Positions 7,777-14,081 of a DNA stretch of 15,720 bases are shown piece after piece. The notes under the pieces were generated by a model that saw nothing but the letters and a program-made list of their open reading frames with translations, did not search any database and had not been told where the DNA came from. Each line of letters starts with the position of its first letter. The stretch's first letter is position 1. This stretch comes from Candidatus Nanohalobium sp. (GTDB taxonomy: Archaea; Nanohalarchaeota; Nanosalinia; Nanosalinales; Nanosalinaceae), in contig JBDGSM010000011.1 of NCBI GenBank assembly GCA_042217545.1, positions 1 to 15,720 on the forward strand. Direction: 5' to 3'. The translations under genes were made by a program, and so were the position numbers.

Positions 7777-8645
7777 TATTCTATACCTCCCGGCGCAAGG
7801 CCGTCAATTATGATTATCATTCCCAGTGAGACAAAAGGCAGGCCTATGAACGTGGCGATCGCCTGGACAAAGATCACTACGGCAGGGTTGATACCTCCGA
7901 AAGCGCTGACCACGATACTCATGGAGCTGAAAATGATCGAACCCACAATAACAAGTATGATATACATCTCAACAAGCAGCGAGAGCTGCTCCGAGAACTC
8001 ATCGATCCTTCTCTCGTAGTCATCCATCAGGGAGGAAGACCTCTGATCCAGGAACTCTCTCAGCGAGCCTCCTGTCGTAATAGTATGGTTCATACCCCAG
8101 AAAACTTCTTCAAGGTCATCGCTCGGTGCACGCTCTGCTGCCTGCGTCAGGGCCTCGCTTACATCCATTCCAAACGATTCTATGTCCCTGTGAATCTTTT
8201 CAGCCTCCATAGATATCTCTTTATATTCCTCGGACTCCGAAAGATTCCTGAACATCTCTGTAACGGAAGTACCTGTACCTGCAAGCGTTGAAAGATACAT
8301 AACTGCGAAAGGAAGGTTGTCATTAATCTTTGATGCCCTGTTACTGATCTTTACCGAAGGATAGATGTAGAAAGATACCAGAGCAACACCTCCGAACATC
8401 GAACCGAAGCTTATTCCCAGTATAAGGCCTGAGAGGCCAGCTCCAGTCATGAATATGAGTGAGAGAAAAATAGTGCTTACTACAAGTGTTATAACTGATG
8501 TGAAAAGCATGACGCTGACATATTCCGGAAGCGAAACATCTATACCTGCCTTGTTCAGTTGAGGCCTCAGTCCTTCAAAGCTGTCAAGAACCTTGAGAGC
8601 GAGAGGTCCCACCTGATCATAGCAGAAGTCAGCGTACTTTTTCAT
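7776..8645 (-). CDS. pilC: Type IV pilus membrane platform protein (TadB/TadC/PilC, T2SS-F family)
   Basis: L.KAGI...EYVS, TM pair, INDNLPFAVMYLSTLAGTG, FGMDVSEAL..AAERAPS, TGGSL, C-terminal TM pair. Immediately downstream of the ATPase. Confidence 0.9.
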   Translation of the reverse strand: MKKYADFCYDQVGPLALKVLDSFEGLRPQLNKAGIDVSLPEYVSVMLFTSVITLVVSTIFLSLIFMTGAGLSGLILGISFGSMFGGVALVSFYIYPSVKISNRASKINDNLPFAVMYLSTLAGTGTSVTEMFRNLSESEEYKEISMEAEKIHRDIESFGMDVSEALTQAAERAPSDDLEEVFWGMNHTITTGGSLREFLDQRSSSLMDDYERRIDEFSEQLSLLVEMYIILVIVGSIIFSSMSIVVSAFGGINPAVVIFVQAIATFIGLPFVSLGMIIIIDGLAPGGIE

Positions 8646-8648
8646 GAT

Positions 8649-10361
8649 CTATGTGTCAATATTTGTCTTCTCCGAATTAAATGTTTGCCCGATATCGGAG
8701 AGGACATCCTCAGGACTGTAGTAATAACGGGAGATAACGTCTCCAACGTCTTCAAAGTGTTTTATCTGCTGGTCCTTCATATATTTCATCACGTGCTGCC
8801 TGTTCCTCAGTTCTTTCTGTATATCCTCCTCTCCCATAGTGCTCTCGTTCATTATATCCTCAAGAATCAACGAATTGTTGGCCTGATAGTACTCGTCCTT
8901 CTTGGGGTTCCAGCCGAACACCTTGTTCGCCTGAAGGCCTCTCTCCTCACCGTAATCCCTGATCTCGTAGATGCCTTTGATTCTCCTGATGTATGTGTCT
9001 CCACGTCGAATCCTGGATATAAGCATGACAACGTCAAGTGTCTCAATCAGACTTGGTGATAGATCGATAGGATCAGTGGTCAAACGGTCCATAAGCATGT
9101 TCAGAGAGTCCGCGTGGATTGTCGACATTCCTGTGTGGCCTGTAGCCATCTGCTGAAACAGGATGTATGCCTCCTCTCCTCTGACCTCTCCCACTATAAT
9201 GAATTCAGGCCTCTGACGGAGCGATTCCTTCAGGAGGTTATCAAGTGATACCTCTCCACCTTCCTCGGCGCTGCTTCCGAAGCCTGATCTTGCGACTTCC
9301 GGCACCCAGTGATCGTGAGGAAGTCTAAGCTCAGGGGTGTCCTCAATCGATACGATCTTTTTCTCTGGTTTGATGAACAGGGAAAGCGCGTTCAGCTGTG
9401 AAGTCTTTCCTGCTCCAGTGGTTCCTGCTATCAAAGTAGATTTCTCGTGTTCGATCATGAACCAGAGATAGCTCAGTAACTGGGCGTTCTCGGTCTCGAA
9501 CTCCATCATATGGACTGGCGTCAACGGATCCTCAGTGAAACGCCTGATAGTAAAGTTTGAACCCTTTCTCGCGATATCAGTGGCTAAAGTGGCCTGTACA
9601 CGGGAACCATCAGGAAGCGAGCCGTCAAGCAACGGGCTGGCTACAGAGATAGATTTTCCACACCGCTGAGCCATCTTCATAACAAAGCTGTTCAGCTGCT
9701 CTGCCTCACGCCACATTACAGTAGTTTTGATAGAACCAAACTTCGGATTCCTGTGATCAACGTAGACCGGTATATCAAGTCCGTCACAGGATATATCCTC
9801 AACTTCTGTATCGTTCATCAGCGGCTGTAGCTTTCCAAGACCTACAAAATCTCTCTTCGAGTAGTATCTGATTATCTTACGTTCCCTGGTGCTCAATGAG
9901 ATATCGTACTTATCTATGATATGGTCAATCTTCTCCTCAAGGTAATCCTGGGCCTCTTCTGTAGCGAGCTCCTGGAAATCCACATCAAAGCTTCTCTCAA
10001 GAATACTCTTAACCTTCTGAAGTATCTTGTTAACCCTCTGGGTTCTCTCCGGCTCTATAACCTGGTACACAAGCTCCTCCTCTCTTTCATCCCACCGGAT
10101 ATGCGCCCATGCGTAGACGGTCTCCCCTTCATCAGGGTCTGTAGGCGTAAGAGGATAGGTGACATCTACATCTCTAAGGCCTCTATTCTCCTCTTCATTG
10201 TCCCCCTGCTTTGGCTGAGACTGCTTTACATCTTCCTCGGAGAACTCTCCCGGCACAGGAACATTTATCCCACCCTCTTCCTCTTCCTCCTTCTGTTCAA
10301 AGTTCTCAGAATGCTTGAGTTTCTGGAGCCGGGTAATCAGATTTTGCATTCCCTGGTTCAT
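8649..10361 (-). CDS. pilB: Type IV pilus assembly ATPase (archaeal PilB/FlaI, VirB11-like family)
   Basis: VEDISCDG, LPDGSRV, FTIRRF, Walker A GTTGAGKTS, Asp box SIEDTPEL, Walker B IIVGEVRG, His box TGHTGMSTIHA. ATGA overlap with the upstream gene. Confidence 0.95.
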   Translation of the reverse strand: MNQGMQNLITRLQKLKHSENFEQKEEEEEGGINVPVPGEFSEEDVKQSQPKQGDNEEENRGLRDVDVTYPLTPTDPDEGETVYAWAHIRWDEREEELVYQVIEPERTQRVNKILQKVKSILERSFDVDFQELATEEAQDYLEEKIDHIIDKYDISLSTRERKIIRYYSKRDFVGLGKLQPLMNDTEVEDISCDGLDIPVYVDHRNPKFGSIKTTVMWREAEQLNSFVMKMAQRCGKSISVASPLLDGSLPDGSRVQATLATDIARKGSNFTIRRFTEDPLTPVHMMEFETENAQLLSYLWFMIEHEKSTLIAGTTGAGKTSQLNALSLFIKPEKKIVSIEDTPELRLPHDHWVPEVARSGFGSSAEEGGEVSLDNLLKESLRQRPEFIIVGEVRGEEAYILFQQMATGHTGMSTIHADSLNMLMDRLTTDPIDLSPSLIETLDVVMLISRIRRGDTYIRRIKGIYEIRDYGEERGLQANKVFGWNPKKDEYYQANNSLILEDIMNESTMGEEDIQKELRNRQHVMKYMKDQQIKHFEDVGDVISRYYYSPEDVLSDIGQTFNSEKTNIDT

Positions 10362-10774
10362 CTTCCTTCCCTCAAATTGTAACCTTGTCTTGTTTTGAAG
10401 AGCTTAACACTTCCCGAATCTACAGCACCTCTTATCTCATCTGAAGGCCTTCCTATATTAAGCGGATTACTGAATTTCTGATTCGCAACAAATACTTTAA
10501 CCCCGGATTTAGATATTGCTATCCGGTAGTCCTGGTTTCCTGCTTTTTTTGGGATTTCCACCTGTTTGAAACCTCTTTCGTTATCGGATAGATAGCTCAT
10601 CTGGAGCATCGCGCTCTTTACCCTGTCAGTGGCGATCTGGATTTGCTTGCTCTGTGTGCTGTCTATCACTCCTTGATTCACCATGTTGAATGCGTGGATT
10701 ACTCCAAGAGCCGCTATTAGAGTCAGGCCAAACGTAGCTGCTGATTCAAGTGCCAGGTGTTGGCCTTTTCTCAA
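10358..10774 (-). CDS. Minor pilin-like protein with class III signal peptide
   Basis: RKG|QHLALESAATFGLTLIAALGVI. The globular part has IP..AGNQDYRI. TTG 10774 preferred over 10795 because a GAGGGGAG SD precedes it and it avoids an overlap. Confidence 0.72.
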   Translation of the reverse strand: MRKGQHLALESAATFGLTLIAALGVIHAFNMVNQGVIDSTQSKQIQIATDRVKSAMLQMSYLSDNERGFKQVEIPKKAGNQDYRIAISKSGVKVFVANQKFSNPLNIGRPSDEIRGAVDSGSVKLFKTRQGYNLREGR

Positions 10775-10787
10775 ATCTTCTCCCCTC

Positions 10788-11438
10788 TCACTCAAAGCTT
10801 ATCTGAACTACTTTGTTGGTTCTGCTTGGGGTGCCTCTGCATGCTCCCTGGCTGATCGCTACCCTGTTATCGGTCTGATCTCCCTTGTTAGTTATCTTTA
10901 CCTTGGCTGATCCTGCCGCCCTTTTCTGCCCAGCTGTCTGGAGATCTATCTTTGAGAGCTTGTGAGTGTTCTTCAAGCAAAGATTTCTGAACTCCACCCG
11001 GTAGGTGATCTCAGAGGAACCTGAACCGCCGGATGACTTAAACGCCACTATTCCGGGTTGTTCATCTCCCTTGATGCCGTAGGCTCCTGCATTCACAATT
11101 GAAGTATTCTGGAAACTATCTCCTTTAAGCAGGCTCCAGGTAAATCCCTGTTTAGCGGGTTGATCCAGCTTGTTAGTTATCTGAATGTAATCCTTCTTCT
11201 CGTTCACCTTGATATTATCCGCTTTGACGGTTACAGTTGAAGAAGCCCCTGATCCCTGCTTACTTATACTCACTATCTCGCTGTACAGGTTCGTAACATC
11301 ATGTTCCGTTGATGAAACATCCTGTTTGACCTGTCTTTTATGCAACTTGGGAATACCCCAGAGATAAGCTGTACCGATACCTCCTACGACAATTCCGGTT
11401 ACAAGTACTGCAGTAACAGCCTGTGTCTGACCTTTCAT
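10788..11438 (-). CDS. Minor pilin-like protein with class III signal peptide
   Basis: MKG|QTQAVTAVLVTGIVVGGIGTAYLWGIP, two Cys. ATG 11438 preferred over TTG 11468 because a TATA box lies about 30 nt upstream. Confidence 0.75.
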   Translation of the reverse strand: MKGQTQAVTAVLVTGIVVGGIGTAYLWGIPKLHKRQVKQDVSSTEHDVTNLYSEIVSISKQGSGASSTVTVKADNIKVNEKKDYIQITNKLDQPAKQGFTWSLLKGDSFQNTSIVNAGAYGIKGDEQPGIVAFKSSGGSGSSEITYRVEFRNLCLKNTHKLSKIDLQTAGQKRAAGSAKVKITNKGDQTDNRVAISQGACRGTPSRTNKVVQISFE

Positions 11439-11468
11439 AGCTCTAAATAGTACTTTCCCATCGGTCAA

Positions 11469-11476
11469 TTATAAAA
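11469..11476 (-). promoter_or_regulatory. Putative TATA box (TTTTATAA) of the pilus assembly operon
   Basis: About 30 nt upstream of ATG 11438, heading eight tightly coupled genes (11438 to 3194). Confidence 0.55.
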
Positions 11477-11483
11477 CAAGGTG

Positions 11484-11508
11484 ATGAAGATAAGAGAGAA
11501 AAAGAAGA
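11484..11508 (-). terminator. U-rich archaeal terminator after the 176-aa pilin
   Basis: Minus strand reads TCTTCTTTTTCTCTCTTATCTTCA just after the TAG stop. Confidence 0.5.
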
Positions 11509-11510
11509 CG

Positions 11511-12041
11511 CTAGCAACTCTTTGCGCCCGAGTTCTTTACCTCACAGACCTTCGAAGTACTGTAGTCAAAGTTGTTAGCTCTGACCTGTATTTCAACCTT
11601 CTCAAGTGCCCCAGGGAACTTAACTCCTGTCAAGCACGCGTGATGTTCACCCTTCGAAAGGACCTGTGATGCATCTGCCGTCATACACTGGTTATCGTTT
11701 GCGCTGACAGTCCATTTATCTGGAAGTGCCGTGTATGAGACAGGGTTAGGGAAGTTAGGTGGACCAAAGTACATGGAGAACTTTGATGTATTGATAGCTC
11801 TCTCTCCAGTGTTGGTAACCCTTACTTTCATCTGATTCCCTTTGCCGTAAACCGGAGTGAGCTTGAGGCTTGTATGCTGAACTTTCTTCAGCTTTCCTCC
11901 ACCTCCTAGATCACCTATTAGGCCCTGGGCCTGAGTGTAAACTGTTAAACCGAGAGCAACCGTAATACCCAGAAGCAAAACAGTAGCAATAACAGGCGTA
12001 ATACCCTTTCTCCGTTGAGTCAATTTGCCTAACTTGGACAT
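11511..12041 (-). CDS. pilA: Archaeal type IV pilin, candidate major pilin (paralog 2)
   Basis: RRKG|ITPVIATVLLLGITVALGL class III signal/H-domain, VTNTG motif, four Cys including the C-terminal residue. Has its own TATA box and terminator. Confidence 0.85.
   Translation of the reverse strand: MSKLGKLTQRRKGITPVIATVLLLGITVALGLTVYTQAQGLIGDLGGGGKLKKVQHTSLKLTPVYGKGNQMKVRVTNTGERAINTSKFSMYFGPPNFPNPVSYTALPDKWTVSANDNQCMTADASQVLSKGEHHACLTGVKFPGALEKVEIQVRANNFDYSTSKVCEVKNSGAKSC
11923..12008. repeat. 86-bp direct repeat, copy 1 (pilin cleavage site and H-domain)
   Basis: 85/86 identical to 12584-12669 (offset 661). The single mismatch is 11954 G vs 12615 T. Confidence 0.93.
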
Positions 12042-12064
12042 ATTTATGGTAATGTAACTGGTCC

Positions 12065-12072
12065 TTTAAATA
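12065..12072 (-). promoter_or_regulatory. Putative TATA box (TATTTAAA) for a leaderless pilin transcript
   Basis: TTTAAA lies 24-29 nt upstream of ATG 12041, with no SD. Confidence 0.6.
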
Positions 12073-12115
12073 TTATTGAGAAGGATGAACAGCGGAGGAA
12101 GACAAAACTTAGTTC

Positions 12116-12158
12116 GGGAAAAGGAAGAAATGGAAGAAAGAAAAATATATGGAAAATA
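12116..12158 (-). terminator. U-rich terminator region after the 178-aa pilin
   Basis: Minus strand TATTTTCCATATATTTTTCTTTCTTCCATTTCTTCCTTTTCCC downstream of TAA. Confidence 0.5.
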
Positions 12159-12165
12159 TGCAGGA

Positions 12166-12702
12166 TTAGCAGCTTTTTGCGTCCGCCTGCGTGACCTTAC
12201 AGGTTGTACTTTCCTTGTACTTGAAGTTGTCCGCACTTATCTGGATCTCAACTTTCTCAAGAGTATCCGGGAACTTTACACCCGTTGCACACTCCTCATA
12301 ATCTCCCTTTGAAAGTACTGTCGTAAGATCTGCACACTTGTTGCCACCACCAACCTTCCAGCCAGATGGTAACGCGGCATAGGAGACAGGATTTGGGAAG
12401 TTAGGCGGACCAAACATCATAGAGAACTTTGAGATGTTGACCGCTCTATCTCCAGTATTCGTAATCCTTACTTTGATCTCCTTCCCTCCACTACCCGTAC
12501 TCTTCGAGAAAACCGGGGTAAGCTGGAGTTCCGTGTCCTGAGCCTTCTTCAGTTTACCTGTATCTGCGCCACCAGAGATCATCCCCTGGGCCTGAGTGTA
12601 AACTGTTAAACCGATAGCAACCGTAATACCCAGAAGCAAAACAGTAGCAATAACAGGCGTAATACCCTTCTTAGAGCCGAAAGAGCCAATGCTGAATTTC
12701 AT
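12166..12702 (-). CDS. pilA: Archaeal type IV pilin, candidate major pilin (paralog 1)
   Basis: KKG|ITPVIATVLLLGITVAIGL. Clear paralog of 11511-12041 (shared FGPPNFPNPVSY, TGVKFP, LEKVEIQ, four Cys, AKSC end). Confidence 0.85.
   Translation of the reverse strand: MKFSIGSFGSKKGITPVIATVLLLGITVAIGLTVYTQAQGMISGGADTGKLKKAQDTELQLTPVFSKSTGSGGKEIKVRITNTGDRAVNISKFSMMFGPPNFPNPVSYAALPSGWKVGGGNKCADLTTVLSKGDYEECATGVKFPDTLEKVEIQISADNFKYKESTTCKVTQADAKSC
12584..12669. repeat. 86-bp direct repeat, copy 2 (pilin cleavage site and H-domain)
   Basis: 85/86 identical to 11923-12008. Confidence 0.93.
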
Positions 12703-12724
12703 GTATTTTAGTAATCATCCCTTA

Positions 12725-12732
12725 CTTAAATA
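12725..12732 (-). promoter_or_regulatory. Putative TATA box (TATTTAAG) for a leaderless pilin transcript
   Basis: Lies 23-30 nt upstream of ATG 12702 and is nearly identical to the box of the paralog. Confidence 0.55.
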
Positions 12733-13194
12733 TCAACAGGATGAACTTCCGTCGTTGTAACAGTAGATAGCGGACTTGGTATCGTAAGGTCCGACGACTT
12801 CAATCTTTGTGGAGTTCTGATACGCCGGGAATGTCTCAGAGGTGTTAACAGTTACAACGCCTCCAGCACCGAGAACTTTAATGTCTGAAAGGAATTTCCA
12901 GTCATATGTAGGCCTTCCACCTGCGTAAACAGAGAAAACACTGTCCGACTTGTTTATCGGTAATGCGGTTTTTCCTTTATTCCTTACACGGACGATGATG
13001 TAGCCTCCTTGATTATAGCCTGTTTCAATTGAGAGATCTGCATTCGGATGTCCGCTGTTCACGGCGTCCTGTCCTCTATCCTGAACTCTCTTGAAAGAAT
13101 CCTGCATGAAAACTGCAGCGGTCGCGACCGTAGATAAAGCAATTCCAATCAAAAGAGCTGTTGCGACAACGGGAGTAACTCCCTTTCTATTCAT
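12733..13194 (-). CDS. Archaeal type IV pilin-like protein (divergent third paralog)
   Basis: MNRKG|VTPVVATALLIGIALSTVA, VRVRNKG motif, C-terminal YCYNDGSSSC. SD AGGAG; overlaps the upstream gene by 8 nt. Confidence 0.8.
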   Translation of the reverse strand: MNRKGVTPVVATALLIGIALSTVATAAVFMQDSFKRVQDRGQDAVNSGHPNADLSIETGYNQGGYIIVRVRNKGKTALPINKSDSVFSVYAGGRPTYDWKFLSDIKVLGAGGVVTVNTSETFPAYQNSTKIEVVGPYDTKSAIYCYNDGSSSC

Positions 13195-13912
13195 TGGAAC
13201 TCCTATCTTGGTTAAACCGCTCCTTCAACTTTTCCATGCGGCTATCGTTACTGCCGCCCATCTGATCCAGGCTTTCATTTCCTCCCTGAGACTGAGATGC
13301 CTGCCTTCTGCTACCGCCCATATTCAGATCCTGAGATGCTGACTGCTGCTGACCCCCGGACTGCGTCTGCTGACGGTTCTGAGAAGCACTCTGACCAGTC
13401 CTTACAGAACCTTTGTTACCTGCGGCATAGGCCCTTCTAAGACTGTTGTTGATGTTGTTGAGGTTCTCAATGACCTGCTGATTGGACTCCTTAATATCAT
13501 CAGCAACACCCTGCATCTGGTTGCCTATTGCATCAGCAACCCTCTGCTCCATGTCACTGACCATCTCGCCCTCCATATCCATCTCGGAGGCCTCGGTCAG
13601 GAGATCCATGAACTCGTTCATATTATCCACTACTTCATCCATCTTATGGGTAAGATCTTCAACGGAGTTCTTCAGCTCATGAGTCGACTCTGTCATATCG
13701 TTGACAATCTTCTGGTTCGACTTCATGATATCAATGACGTCACGAATCATATCGTCATTCGCTACAGAGGCCTGACCTCCGCCTCCCTGTTGATTCTGAG
13801 TCTGCTGTTGAATCTCATCAACACGTCTTTCAAGCTTTCTGAGAGGGCCTATGGGTACAACCTCGTAGTCATCATCTCCTCCGTCTAGTTCGACCTCGTC
13901 TCTATCAGACAT
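13187..13912 (-). CDS. Hypothetical cytoplasmic coiled-coil protein heading the pilus locus
   Basis: 241 aa, acidic, no TM segment or signal peptide. Long heptad-like helices, Q/G/S-rich low-complexity linkers. SD GAGGT 8 nt upstream. Confidence 0.8.
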   Translation of the reverse strand: MSDRDEVELDGGDDDYEVVPIGPLRKLERRVDEIQQQTQNQQGGGGQASVANDDMIRDVIDIMKSNQKIVNDMTESTHELKNSVEDLTHKMDEVVDNMNEFMDLLTEASEMDMEGEMVSDMEQRVADAIGNQMQGVADDIKESNQQVIENLNNINNSLRRAYAAGNKGSVRTGQSASQNRQQTQSGGQQQSASQDLNMGGSRRQASQSQGGNESLDQMGGSNDSRMEKLKERFNQDRSSNE

Positions 13913-13962
13913 AGATTATAACCTCTTCTAGCACTGAATTACCACTGCCGGTATTTATAACC

Positions 13963-13970
13963 AATGATTT
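13963..13970 (-). promoter_or_regulatory. Putative TATA box (TTATAAAT) for the coiled-coil/pilin transcript
   Basis: About 50 nt upstream of ATG 13912, leaving a short leader that contains the GAGGT SD. Confidence 0.5.
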
Positions 13971-13975
13971 AGTAT

Positions 13976-14007
13976 AGAAGGAAAAGAGAAATTGAAGATG
14001 GAGAAGA
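13976..14007 (-). terminator. Pyrimidine/U-rich terminator region downstream of the thermosome gene
   Basis: Minus strand TCTTCTCCATCTTCAATTTCTCTTTTCCTTCT directly after an inverted-repeat structure. Confidence 0.45.
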
Positions 14008-14081
14008 GGCCTTCAAGAGGGAGAAACCCGCCGCATGTCCCTCCATCCGAAACCTGAAGTTTCTGGGAATAGAAGGCCTCT
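14005..14081. repeat. 10-bp perfect inverted repeat enclosing two short hairpins (thermosome 3' region)
   Basis: AGAGGCCTTC(14005-14014)/GAAGGCCTCT(14072-14081); inner GAGGGA(14017-14022)/TCCCTC(14038-14043) and GAAAC(14049-14053)/GTTTC(14059-14063). Confidence 0.6.

Noticed and set aside
12076..12312. Plus-strand 78-aa ORF starting in the pilin spacer (also 11481-11669)
   Set aside because: The charged N-terminus is just the complement of the minus-strand U-rich terminator, and the rest is antisense to a pilin.
11923..12669. Direct repeats as CRISPR, att sites or a DGR template/variable pair
   Set aside because: There are only two copies, both in frame within paralogous genes. No cas, integrase or reverse transcriptase gene is present and there is no adenine-specific mismatch pattern.
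6757..13194. Archaellum (FlaI/FlaJ plus archaellins)
   Set aside because: No FlaH/ArlH or recognisable ArlCDE gene is present. Two separate single-domain PilC/TadC genes and Q+1 minor pilins fit a pilus rather than a rotary archaellum.
14005..14081. tRNA or tRNA-like gene (77-nt branched structure)
   Set aside because: It has only two internal arms, with no T-loop GTTCRA consensus or anticodon arm geometry on either strand.
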